IMG/VR virus record: IMGVR_UViG_3300036797_000054
Span: 32,001-96,000 of that record
Strand: one strand, 5' to 3'
Length of the DNA stretch: 64,000 nucleotides
From: a virus
Lineage: Duplodnaviria; Caudoviricetes
Shown here: piece after piece, positions 28,894 through 37,960 of the stretch
Numbering within the stretch: the first letter of the stretch is position 1
How the letters are laid out: each line of letters starts with the position of its first letter
The notes under the pieces: generated by a model
Databases searched by the model: none
What the model was told of the DNA's origin: nothing
The model's input: only the letters and a program-made list of their open reading frames with translations
Position numbers and translations under genes: made by a program

Positions 28894-30524
28894 CCAGCGT
28901 CATCACGGACTATCGCGCGGAGGACGTCCCGTTCCCCCGCGCGATGACCCGTTTCCCCACGCTGCGCCAGTCGCTGCTCGGGTCCTTCGACCTGTGCGCG
29001 CTGGAGGCGATCTTCGAGTCCGAAAGCGCCTTCATCGGCGACCTGGACGATCCGCTGCGCATGGAGTGGTCTACGCATGAACAGGGCCGCGGCACGCTCT
29101 TCCACCGCTGGGCCGCGCGACTGCTGAATCTGCTCGCCTCGCTTGGAGGCGACCGGCTGAAGGACGACGTGGAGTGCCCCGAGTGTGGCCTTGAGCCCAA
29201 CTTGAAGCTGAACGAGGGCGACTCCGAATACCAGGAGGGCAACGCCTGCCCGCACTGCGCCAAGGTCCGTCCCGAGAAGGACGTACGGCTCGTGCGCAAG
29301 CCGTTGACCGACGTGGCGCTCGACCTGCTGATCGAGGTCAGCCGTCAAGCCGACGTGGAGCCCGAGGACATCGTGACGGTGCCTCAGCACGAAAAGAAGG
29401 ATCTCGAATGGATCGTGACCAAGTTCGCGCGCGAGCAGAGCTTCGGCATCAGCACGTTCGTTGCGGCCGAGGAGCGGCTGATGTCCACGCTGGAGTACCC
29501 CAACCCCAAAGGCGGCGCGGTCCAGCGCGTGCTCACCGGCCAGCTCGACGCTCTGTTCGTGGAGGAGGAAGAGGACGGCGACCACGCCGTCGTGATCGAC
29601 TACAAGGACACCTGGGCCATCCCCGGCGCAACGTCGATCAGCACCGACGGCTACTGGCAGCAGCGCTTCTACGCGTGGCTGGTCATGCGCACCTACCCGA
29701 CGGTGCAGCGCGTCACGCTGAAGGAGGTCTACGTCCGCTTCAAAGCTGGCGAGCAGGGCGATGAGAACCACCGCTCGGCCACGATCGAGCGTTCACGTCT
29801 GCCGCTGATCGAACGCCAGCTCGCCGTCGTCGCCGAGAGCTTTGACCGCGCGTGGGAGGCGTTCGAGGAGCAGCGCGAGGTCCAGGCCGAGTGGGACGGC
29901 GAATCGGAGCTGCGCGAGCAGCTTGCGGAGCGGCTGGCGAAGATCACGCGTCGCGCCCGCGCGCTGACCCGGCCGACGCCGGGGGGGCACTGCAACTACT
30001 GCCCGAAGCCCACGCAGTGCCCGATCGCCGAGAGCGTGCGCGTGCACGGCACGATCCACACGCTGGAGGACGCCGAACGCGTGACCGGGGAGATGACGGT
30101 GGCGAAGCGCATGGTCAAGCACCGCGAGACGGCGCTCAAGGGCTACCTCGGCAAAGGAGGCACCGACACCGAGCGCGCTGCACCGTTGCGCAAGAGCAGC
30201 GAGGGGCTGAAAACCTACAAAGACCGGCGTCCGGGGTTGCCCGAGGGCGTACCTGTCAAGAACGCCAAGGGTGACAAGGCGTACGCGATGGTCGAGGGCA
30301 AACGCAAATCCTCGCCCAGTCGCGAGCAGGTGGAGGAGCTGATCATGGCCGCGGGCAAGGGAGTGCCGATCAACCTGGACGACTACTACCGCGAGGTCGC
30401 CTCCTCGACGCTGCGGCTGGTCGAGCCTGCGGTGCCGACGGACGACGCGCAGGAGGTCAGTCCTGAGATCGAGATAGCGCTCGCGCACTCGATGCAGCGT
30501 CTGGAAACCGCACGGCGCGTATGA
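28890..30524 (+). CDS. PD-(D/E)XK exonuclease, Cas4/RecB-AddB-like
   Basis: GTLFH..LTGQLD..VVIDYKD..QQRFYA; N-terminal Cys plus CNYCP..QCP; inserted CPEC..CPHC. Confidence 0.82.
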   Translation: MTSVITDYRAEDVPFPRAMTRFPTLRQSLLGSFDLCALEAIFESESAFIGDLDDPLRMEWSTHEQGRGTLFHRWAARLLNLLASLGGDRLKDDVECPECGLEPNLKLNEGDSEYQEGNACPHCAKVRPEKDVRLVRKPLTDVALDLLIEVSRQADVEPEDIVTVPQHEKKDLEWIVTKFAREQSFGISTFVAAEERLMSTLEYPNPKGGAVQRVLTGQLDALFVEEEEDGDHAVVIDYKDTWAIPGATSISTDGYWQQRFYAWLVMRTYPTVQRVTLKEVYVRFKAGEQGDENHRSATIERSRLPLIERQLAVVAESFDRAWEAFEEQREVQAEWDGESELREQLAERLAKITRRARALTRPTPGGHCNYCPKPTQCPIAESVRVHGTIHTLEDAERVTGEMTVAKRMVKHRETALKGYLGKGGTDTERAAPLRKSSEGLKTYKDRRPGLPEGVPVKNAKGDKAYAMVEGKRKSSPSREQVEELIMAAGKGVPINLDDYYREVASSTLRLVEPAVPTDDAQEVSPEIEIALAHSMQRLETARRV

Positions 30525-31267
30525 AACGCTCGAAGGGACTCGCGCGAAAGACGGCCCTGCGCTCATCGTCGCTCGATAGACGCTGCGCGCGATGCGGTAC
30601 GCCTTTCCGTGTTCGGTTCCCATCGGATGTGGCTCGATATTGCTCGCGCGAGTGCGGCAGCAACGCAAAGCGAGAGTCAGCCTCACGTCCGCGTCCTGAT
30701 CGCCGATCCCGCGCCAAACGCAAGTGCACCTACTGCGGGGCAGAGTTCGAGCGTCCCCTTTCGCGCAGCAAGGCCACAGCGCCCTACTGCTCGCGTGCCT
30801 GTTGGAAAGCCGACGCGCCAGCGAGACGCGCCGATGCGCGGCGTGCTGCGGAAGCCGCCGAGCCCGCGGACAGGTGCGGCGAACGCAACCCCAACTATCG
30901 ACACGGCCGACGGACAGGCGTACATGATCGCGCGGGTGAGCGCAGATGGAGAGCAGCACGCGGCCGCAGATGCGAGGACCCGCGTTGCAAAGGACGCTGC
31001 GGCAGGCTGATCCAGCACCACGTCGTGTATCGCCAGAAGGTCGAACGGGCGCAAGGCGATATTTGGGACCCCCGCAACAGCATGACGCTCGGCAACGGCT
31101 GCCACAGTCGCCACCACAACAGCACGAAGGGCAAGTTGCCGTTGACGGCGATCCCGTCGGCGGCGATAGAGTTTGCGTACGAGCTACTTGGCCCAGCCGC
31201 ACACGACTACCTGAAACGCCGCTACGCAGGCACCGACCCGCGAGTCGAGGCGCTTCTCGATGGCTGA
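30521..31267 (+). CDS. HNH-family nuclease with zinc-finger repeats
   Basis: CARC..YCSREC, CTYC..YCSRAC; QHHVVY..RNSMTLGNGCHSRHH. Confidence 0.7.
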   Translation: MKRSKGLARKTALRSSSLDRRCARCGTPFRVRFPSDVARYCSRECGSNAKRESASRPRPDRRSRAKRKCTYCGAEFERPLSRSKATAPYCSRACWKADAPARRADARRAAEAAEPADRCGERNPNYRHGRRTGVHDRAGERRWRAARGRRCEDPRCKGRCGRLIQHHVVYRQKVERAQGDIWDPRNSMTLGNGCHSRHHNSTKGKLPLTAIPSAAIEFAYELLGPAAHDYLKRRYAGTDPRVEALLDG

Positions 31268-31595
31268 CACGCTCACGCGGAAAACGCCGGTGACGATGAG
31301 CGTCGGCGGCCAGGTCTGGAACGGGCTGCTCCAGCAGGTGTGCGCTCGGCTCGGCCACCACTGGCGGCCCTATGGCAAGCCGCGCTCCGATGGCTACAAC
31401 CTGCCTCACGGCCAGCGCGACTACTGCACCCGCTGCGAAGGCCAGCAGATCACGTTCAGGGATGGGTCCGTTGAGACGTGCACAAAGGCAGAGCTCTTGG
31501 CGTGCGAGCCCCGCTTCGCTGAGGCGCTGTACGAGGCGCGGTGGGGCGATCGACCAAGACAGAAGCTGTGGAGAGGCGAGTGGCCCGCGGTCTAG
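31260..31595 (+). CDS. hypothetical zinc-binding protein
   Basis: CARLGHHW..CTRC. Confidence 0.5.
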   Translation: MADTLTRKTPVTMSVGGQVWNGLLQQVCARLGHHWRPYGKPRSDGYNLPHGQRDYCTRCEGQQITFRDGSVETCTKAELLACEPRFAEALYEARWGDRPRQKLWRGEWPAV

Positions 31596-31674
31596 CTAGC
31601 CTCGCGCAGAGCCGCGAGCACGAGCGCAGGGTCGATGCAGCGACAATAGACCCCAATCCCAACGGAGGTGCGAG

Positions 31675-33516
31675 ATGCCAGATGAGAATGAGCTGCGCGT
31701 AGCGCGCAACCTCGCGCTGCCGTTGGCGCTGGTTGGCGAGAGCGTGGCGATCCTCGCCAAGCGCAACGCGGGCAAGACCTACGCCGCGAGCGTGATCGAG
31801 GAGGAGCTGATCAGCCACGGCCAGCAGGTGGTCGTGCTCGACCCCGTGGGCGTGCACTACGGCCTGCGCTCGAACGCCAAGGGCACAGGCGCAGGGCTGC
31901 CCGTGGTCGTGCTCGGCGGCGAACACGGCGACCTTCCGATCAACGGCGACTCGGGGACGATCATCGCCGACTTGGTGATCGACGCGTGGCCGCAGTCGTT
32001 CGTGATCGACACGTCGCTGTTTGACTCCAACGCCGAACAGGATCGCTTCGCCGAGGCGTTCGGTGAACGCCTGTACCGCCGCAAGGCGCGCGACAAGCGG
32101 CCGATGATGCTCGTGCTGGAGGAGGCCGACACGGTGGCCCCGCAGTCGCCGATGCCCGATCAGCGCCGCATGGTCGGCGCGTACACGACGATCGCGCGCC
32201 GCGGTCGCTCGCGCGGCATCGGCTACCTGGCGATCACGCAGCGCGCCGCGGCGCTGCACAAGGACTTGACCACGCAGGCCGAGCTCGTCGTCGTCATGCA
32301 GATCATCGGCAGCCAGGACCGCGACGCGATCGACAAGTGGGTCAAGTCCAACGCCACGGCCGAGGAACGCGAGGAAGTGATGTCCTCGCTGCCGAGCCTC
32401 CAGCAGGGTGAAGCGTGGGTGTGGTCGCCCGGTTGGCTGCGGTTGCGCCAGCGGATCAAATTCCGCACACGCCGGACCTTCGACGCATCGCGCACGCCTG
32501 CGCCCGGCGAGCAGCGCGCTGAGCCCACGGGCCGTGCCGAGGTCAATCTCGACGCCGTGCGGGTGCAGATCGAGGCTGCGACGAAGGAGGCCAAAGCCAA
32601 CGATCCCAAGGCACTGCGCGAGCGCGTGCGCGAGCTGGAACGCATGCTATCGCCGCAGAATGCTCCCGAGGATGCCCAGTACGAGCTGGTCTACCCGTTC
32701 AGCGATGAGGAACTGGACAATGCGATCGCCGACGCCGAGCAAGCAATGGCGCGCAACGGCTCTGCGCGCGAGGCCGTGGCGCAGACGATCGCGACGTTGG
32801 AAGGCATGTGCAGCGAGCTGCGCGAGGACCAGCCGCGTCTCAACCGCCTCCACACCGTCCTCAAATCGTGGCGCGAATCCAAAGAGGACACGATCGCCTC
32901 GCTCGACGTGCTGCTCGTCAAGGCCGCAGGCAACCGCGTTGCAGGCGGTATGAGCCGCCGCGTGGCCCGCAAGGGTGGTTCTGCACCCGTGGCAGCGGCT
33001 GCGGCTCAGAACGGCCAGCAGCGCCCGCAGACGGGACAGGACGACTCCACGTTGAAGAAGGCCGAACGCACGATCCTCGGCGTGCTGGCGCAGTTCCCCG
33101 ACGGTCGCTCGGTCAAGCAGCTCGCACTGCTCACGGGCTACTCGGCCACGAGCGGCGGCTTTCGCAATGCTCTCGGCAAGTTGCGCACCGCGGAGTACAT
33201 CAGCCGCGATCATCCGGTGCGGATCACCGAAGCGGGAGTCGAGGCCATCGGCGGCCAGTTCGAGCCGATGCCGACGGGTGATGCTCTGTTCGACTACTGG
33301 CTGCGCAAGCTGAAGCGTGCCGAACGCGAGATCCTGAACACCGTGCGCTACGACGCCATGAGCACCGAGCGCGCCGCCGAGCTCACGGGCTACAGTCCGA
33401 CCAGCGGCGGCTTTCGCAACGCGCTGGGCAAGCTGCGCACACTCGACCTGATCGAGAAAGGGCAGCCGATCACGCTCACCGCGGAGTTTGCGAGCGCCGT
33501 CTGCAACGAGCTCTAG
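31675..33516 (+). CDS. HerA/FtsK-like (DUF87) ATPase with two C-terminal winged helices
   Basis: Walker A AKRNAGKT, Walker B LVLEEAD, RRGRSRGIG..TQR; duplicated TGYS.TSGGFRNALGKLRT. Confidence 0.85.
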   Translation: MPDENELRVARNLALPLALVGESVAILAKRNAGKTYAASVIEEELISHGQQVVVLDPVGVHYGLRSNAKGTGAGLPVVVLGGEHGDLPINGDSGTIIADLVIDAWPQSFVIDTSLFDSNAEQDRFAEAFGERLYRRKARDKRPMMLVLEEADTVAPQSPMPDQRRMVGAYTTIARRGRSRGIGYLAITQRAAALHKDLTTQAELVVVMQIIGSQDRDAIDKWVKSNATAEEREEVMSSLPSLQQGEAWVWSPGWLRLRQRIKFRTRRTFDASRTPAPGEQRAEPTGRAEVNLDAVRVQIEAATKEAKANDPKALRERVRELERMLSPQNAPEDAQYELVYPFSDEELDNAIADAEQAMARNGSAREAVAQTIATLEGMCSELREDQPRLNRLHTVLKSWRESKEDTIASLDVLLVKAAGNRVAGGMSRRVARKGGSAPVAAAAAQNGQQRPQTGQDDSTLKKAERTILGVLAQFPDGRSVKQLALLTGYSATSGGFRNALGKLRTAEYISRDHPVRITEAGVEAIGGQFEPMPTGDALFDYWLRKLKRAEREILNTVRYDAMSTERAAELTGYSPTSGGFRNALGKLRTLDLIEKGQPITLTAEFASAVCNEL

Positions 33517-33651
33517 CGACTCTTGCAGGACTGTCCGGGTCGTGTGAGGAAATACCCCGGACAGTGCGAGACGCACGTCTCGCGGCGGGCTGATCGGCTG
33601 GCAATATGCCGCGCCGATTCCTCGCTCCATTCATCGGACAGGAGGGCGCAG

Positions 33652-34170
33652 ATGAGCGCAACAGCAACAAGAGAGGCGGAGGCGGCGATGGCGGACGGTG
33701 CGGACGGTGCGAGCAACGGCGAGAGCCCGGATGACGGCGAGACCCAGCGTCGCTCGCTGGAGGACTTGGCGGCACAGGAGCCCGACGCCGACGCGGAGAT
33801 CGAGCAGTTCACGCTGTTCGGGACCGGCTCGCGGCTGAACAGCAAGGTCGGCGGCCCGAAAGTCACGGCCTCGGCGGCACGCTTCACCGCCAAGCGCCAG
33901 GAACTGCCGGGCCAGTTCGAGCTCGGCGAGACGGTGCGCGGCACCTTCGTCGGGCGCGTGAAGGACTTGCAGTTCCCGACGCGCGCCAACAGCGACGGCA
34001 GCTTCGACGTGACGCGCGTGCACGTCATCGAGCTGTCCCGGCTGAACCAGGCCGAGGACGTGCCCGAGGAGTTCGCCGCCCTCGACGGCCGCGGCCGCGG
34101 TGAGGACGACGGGGAGCTGGAGCGCGCGCTGGCACGCATCCGCGAGCTGGAGGCGCTGCTGGAGGCGTAG
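33652..34170 (+). CDS. hypothetical protein
   Basis: AGGAGG RBS; coding-like codon use. Confidence 0.6.
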   Translation: MSATATREAEAAMADGADGASNGESPDDGETQRRSLEDLAAQEPDADAEIEQFTLFGTGSRLNSKVGGPKVTASAARFTAKRQELPGQFELGETVRGTFVGRVKDLQFPTRANSDGSFDVTRVHVIELSRLNQAEDVPEEFAALDGRGRGEDDGELERALARIRELEALLEA

Positions 34171-34316
34171 CCCAAGAAGCAGCTCGGCCCGGCGCTTGCT
34201 CTGGAGGGCGTGCCGGGCCGAGTAACCGATCAACTGACCACGAAGGGTGTTGACGTATGGGGGAGTGTACAGGCGCATATGACGGACAAACCGCCGCCGG
34301 GGCGGCCGACTGAGCG

Positions 34317-35165
34317 ATGGCCGTTGAGAAGACCGTCCAGTTCCACTCGCGCTCTCGGCGCGAGGGGTTCACCATGCTGGACAATCCCGTGCTCCGCAGT
34401 CGCAAACTGTCTCCCGGAGCAAAGGTGCTGTGGGGGCTGCTCTGCTTTTACGCGCGCGAGGACGAGTCCTGCTACCCAGGCCAGGACAAGCTCTACACCG
34501 AGGTTCCATGCTCGCCCCGCGGCCTGCGCAACTTCCTCTCCGAGCTCCAGAAGGCCGGGCTGGTCGAGGTCATCCGACGTGGCCTCGGGCGCACCAACGT
34601 CTACATCCTCCACGACATCGACAACCTGTTCAGACCGGCACGTGGTTCCGATCCAGAGAGGAACGACGTGCCGCCTGGATCGGCACGAGGTGCCGATCAG
34701 GAGGGGCACGAGGTGCCGGTCCCTGTAACCAAGACGCAGAGGAAGAAAACTCAGGGGAACAAGAGCCGATACCCGCGAACCATCGGGGACCGTCGAGTGA
34801 CGGCGACAGAGGGCGAGATGGCGCTCTCGATCTTGGAGCACTGGAACGCCGCTGCCTGCCAGTCGCTGAGCGCGCAGTCGTTCCTCGAAAAGATTCTGCG
34901 CCGGATGCGAGAGCACCCCGAGCTATCGCTGGACGATCACCGGCGCATCATCGAACGGATACTCAGCGGCGAACGCTGGTGGTCGGGCACTCCCGACCCA
35001 CGCATCATCTATGGCTCAGACGCGCAGTTTGAGAGCTGTATGGCGCAAGCTCAGGAGGCAGCGTCTGTACACTCTGAGGTAGACCAGGAGCTGGATTTCG
35101 ACCGCCACATCAGCGGAGACTCGAATGCACGACATGACGACGATAGCCCCAGAGCTGACGACTGA
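34317..35165 (+). CDS. replication initiator with N-terminal winged HTH
   Basis: FTMLDN..LSPGAKVLWGLL..CYPGQDKL..LSELQKAGLV..RTNVY; upstream of DnaC-like gene. Confidence 0.8.
   Translation: MAVEKTVQFHSRSRREGFTMLDNPVLRSRKLSPGAKVLWGLLCFYAREDESCYPGQDKLYTEVPCSPRGLRNFLSELQKAGLVEVIRRGLGRTNVYILHDIDNLFRPARGSDPERNDVPPGSARGADQEGHEVPVPVTKTQRKKTQGNKSRYPRTIGDRRVTATEGEMALSILEHWNAAACQSLSAQSFLEKILRRMREHPELSLDDHRRIIERILSGERWWSGTPDPRIIYGSDAQFESCMAQAQEAASVHSEVDQELDFDRHISGDSNARHDDDSPRADD
34637..34717 (+). repeat. four iterons GG(C/A)ACG..GT(G/T)CC, putative replication origin
   Basis: 13-bp quasi-palindromes at 34637, 34660, 34682, 34705 (22-23 bp period) followed by A-rich tract. Confidence 0.7.
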
Positions 35166-35925
35166 GGATGAGGTGCTGGCAAGCCCGTGCCCCGGCTGCG
35201 GGCGCGAGGTCAAGCGCACGATCCCTGCTGGCTCCTCGGTAAAGATCGCGCGGCACCTGCGCGGCATGGTCGTGACCTGCACCGCCTGCGCCGAGGCCGA
35301 AGATGCTGAGATCGAGGCACGCAAAGCGCGCGGCGATCGCGACAACCGCATCGAGCGCTGCGAGCTGCCGCCGCTGCTGCGCGGGCTGGTTTGGGACAGC
35401 TACGACACGTCCCGCCCCGGTGCCGCGGCCGCCCTGGCCGATGCCAAGGCGTGGGCGGCTGGCACGCACTCCAAGCGCGGGCTGCTGCTCGTCGGCCCTG
35501 TCGGCGTCGGCAAGACGCGCCTGGCCGCGACGGCGATGTGGGCCGCGCTCGACCGGATCAGCGTGCGCTACGTCAACGTCGCCGAGTTGATCGTGAAGCT
35601 GAGCGCCTACGGCGAGCGCGAGCGCACGACGGCGATGCGCATCCTGACCAACCGCGGCGCGCTCGTGCTGGACGACTTCGACAAGGTGGTCCCGACGATG
35701 AACGTGCTGTCGAACCTGCTGATCGCGCTCGACGGGCGCGTGCAGGCCGGGACGCCGCTGATCGCGACGAGCAACCTGCGCCCCGACGCGCTCTACAAGG
35801 CGTTCAAGACGCCGCGGCGAGGCGATGACGCGAAAGAGCGCGAGGTGGCTGCCCGCGCGATCGTCTCGCGGCTCATCGGGCACTGCACCATCCACGAGAT
35901 CCGCGGCGAGGACGGCCGCCGGTGA
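35125..35925 (+). CDS. DnaC/IstB-like helicase loader ATPase
   Basis: Zn ribbon CPGC..CTAC; GPVGVGKT; LVLDDFD; TSN; IVSRL. Confidence 0.85.
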   Translation: MHDMTTIAPELTTEDEVLASPCPGCGREVKRTIPAGSSVKIARHLRGMVVTCTACAEAEDAEIEARKARGDRDNRIERCELPPLLRGLVWDSYDTSRPGAAAALADAKAWAAGTHSKRGLLLVGPVGVGKTRLAATAMWAALDRISVRYVNVAELIVKLSAYGERERTTAMRILTNRGALVLDDFDKVVPTMNVLSNLLIALDGRVQAGTPLIATSNLRPDALYKAFKTPRRGDDAKEREVAARAIVSRLIGHCTIHEIRGEDGRR

Positions 35926-35964
35926 TTCTTTTCATCCTCGTGCCGCGGCTGAGCTCGGGCTAGA

Positions 35965-36041
35965 CTCGCCGCCAGGGGCATCGCAGCAGGAGAGCACCTG
36001 TCCCGCGGGTGCCCTCAATCCGGTTCGACTCCGGTGGCGAG
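35965..36041 (+). ncRNA. tRNA-like RNA lacking D-arm and anticodon
   Basis: 7-bp CTCGCCG/TGGCGAG stem, long internal hairpin, T-arm CCGG-TTCGACT-CCGG; intergenic. Confidence 0.5.
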
Positions 36042-36109
36042 GAGGGATCAACGGTGTGCACGCCGCCCTCCCCGTACACGGTGTCCGCGTGCGACCGTAG
36101 GGTCCGCCC

Positions 36110-36727
36110 ATGCCGCTGCTGGCGCAGCAGGAGTTGATCGAGGTAGCACCCGAGCGGCACGTCGTCGTGCCCTCGGCGCTGCGCGACGTGGTGGGCTGGT
36201 GGGGCATCGACGTGAGCACGCGCCGCTACAACGTCGGCTACGTCACCCAGTCGATGGACCGCGGTGTGCACAGCGTGCGCCTTGGCGAGGCGAACGACAA
36301 CGTGGGCGAGCGGCTCACACGCTTTGCTCGCCAACTGCGGCTGTTGCTCCAGACGATGCTCGGCGAGGGCATCGCGCCGCCCGCGGTCGTGTTCGTGGAG
36401 CATCCCGCGGGCAAGAACGTCGAGCCGGTGCTGTGGTACGCCGTCGGCACCGCCACGCAGGTCGCCTACGAGACGATCGCCGACAGCTACGGCTACGTGC
36501 CGCGCGTTGAGACGATCCCGCCGAGCTCGTGGAAGCTGAAAGCTGTCGGCCGCGGCAACCTGCCCAAGCCCAAGCGCGAGCGCGGCAAGCCGCGCCCCGA
36601 GCTCGACGCCTATCCGGTCTGGCGATGGGCGCGCACGCTCGGCCTCGCTGAGAATGCGAGCTGGGACGACGCCGATGCCTACGGGATCGCCGAGGCGGCG
36701 CGCAGGACAATAGGCATCGCGCCTTAG
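36110..36727 (+). CDS. RuvC-like Holliday junction resolvase
   Basis: WGIDVS..VFVE..SWKLKAVGRGN..DDADAYGIA. Confidence 0.8.
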   Translation: MPLLAQQELIEVAPERHVVVPSALRDVVGWWGIDVSTRRYNVGYVTQSMDRGVHSVRLGEANDNVGERLTRFARQLRLLLQTMLGEGIAPPAVVFVEHPAGKNVEPVLWYAVGTATQVAYETIADSYGYVPRVETIPPSSWKLKAVGRGNLPKPKRERGKPRPELDAYPVWRWARTLGLAENASWDDADAYGIAEAARRTIGIAP

Positions 36728-36737
36728 CCTCTTCTGC

Positions 36738-36941
36738 ATGACCTCTCAACGTCCAGCGTTCGGCTCGCTCACGGGCTTGCGCGATCAGGGACTGCCGATG
36801 AACATGCGCCCGCAAGACGTGCCCAACGCCGACTTTCTCGGCGCAGGCACACCCGAGGAACAGGCACAGGCCCAGCGCGACGAAGCTGCCGTCGCCGCGC
36901 TGCCGCCCACGCGCATGATCATCGAGTCGCACCTGCCCTAA
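36738..36941 (+). CDS. small hypothetical protein (leaderless)
   Basis: TAGCCT-N7-ATG. Confidence 0.5.
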   Translation: MTSQRPAFGSLTGLRDQGLPMNMRPQDVPNADFLGAGTPEEQAQAQRDEAAVAALPPTRMIIESHLP

Positions 36942-37153
36942 CCGCGTCCGCTGCTAGCCTGCGGCGCTGCAACCGACTTGGAGGAGGTGATGCGCCACGG
37001 CCTGACCCGGATGGCCTGCGCTGAACGAAGTCCCGTAGTGAGTGCGCCGCCAAAGACGAGCATGCGCGTTTCTGCATACATCGTGCATACATCGCCGCCC
37101 GTGCGGTAGCTGCGCAGGTCGGGCTAGACCTGTAAGCGAAATCGGAGGTCCGC

Positions 37154-37585
37154 ATGCTCCGACGCTCAGTCGTCGTGACGCTCGCGCTCGCGTTCATCGC
37201 GATCGGAGCGCCGAACACTGGCTCATCGCCAGCGCTGTCGCTCACCGGCGGCACCGCAGCAAACGAAGCACCACTGGCGCATCGTGCGCCGCAGCCGCGC
37301 CCCCGACCGTTTCGCATCGGCCGCTTTGAAGCGTGCGTCGCGAACCGCGAGCAGGGCGAACCAGGATCGACCGACCTGCGCTACGTGAACTGGCGCGCGC
37401 AGGAGGGCGTCTACGGCGGCGGCTACTCGATGGAACCGTCGAAATGGCGACACGGCGGTGGCTTGCTCTACGCGCAGCATCCGTGGCTGGCGTCGCCGAG
37501 CGATCAAACGCGCGTGTTCCGGCGGCTCGGCGCGCTCGGCGAATGGACGCCTGACAACTGGCCGTCGATCACGCCTTGCCGGTGA
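37154..37585 (+). CDS. secreted Rpf-like lytic transglycosylase
   Basis: signal peptide; CVANREQG..YGGGYSMEPSKWRHGGG..ASPSDQ..WP..C parallels Rpf domain. Confidence 0.65.
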   Translation: MLRRSVVVTLALAFIAIGAPNTGSSPALSLTGGTAANEAPLAHRAPQPRPRPFRIGRFEACVANREQGEPGSTDLRYVNWRAQEGVYGGGYSMEPSKWRHGGGLLYAQHPWLASPSDQTRVFRRLGALGEWTPDNWPSITPCR

Positions 37586-37589
37586 TCGC

Positions 37590-37650
37590 AATACCCAACT
37601 TACGGAATATGTAAGTTAGATATTTACTCAAATATGAATCATGGATAGGT
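37590..37650. promoter_or_regulatory. AT-rich island with inverted repeat AACTTAC-N7-GTAAGTT
   Basis: only markedly AT-rich stretch seen in the window; IR at 37597-37617. Confidence 0.5.
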
Positions 37651-37780
37651 TATGGAAACGGGCGTCTGCATGGCGCTCGTTTCCTGTTTTAGCCCGTCAT
37701 CACGGGACAAACGAGCAGCGTTTGGTTTGACACGCGCGATAGGCTGTGTAGAACAAAAGCAACCTACGCAGGAGGAGAAC

Positions 37781-37960
37781 ATGACCCTCGCCAACGTCAA
37801 GGCGGGTGACATCGTGCAAGCCGACGGAAGCTACGCGCTGGTGCGCGACAAGCGCCGCGGCGAACTGCTGATCAGTTGGCTCAGCCGCTCGGTCAGCATT
37901 AACGGCGATCGCTGGATCAAGGCGCGCGAAGTCGAATGCCACTGGAGTCGGCGTCGATGA
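37781..37960 (+). CDS. small SH3-like hypothetical protein
   Basis: GGAGGAG RBS; VKAGDIVQ pattern. Confidence 0.6.
   Translation: MTLANVKAGDIVQADGSYALVRDKRRGELLISWLSRSVSINGDRWIKAREVECHWSRRR

Noticed and set aside
28890-30524. CRISPR-Cas locus
   Set aside because: The Cas4-like nuclease is coupled to RecT; no other cas genes or array.
36942-37153. c-di-AMP (ydaO) riboswitch upstream of the Rpf-like gene
   Set aside because: Conserved ydaO sequence blocks are not seen; only a short TGCATACATCG direct repeat and a possible 39-codon ORF.
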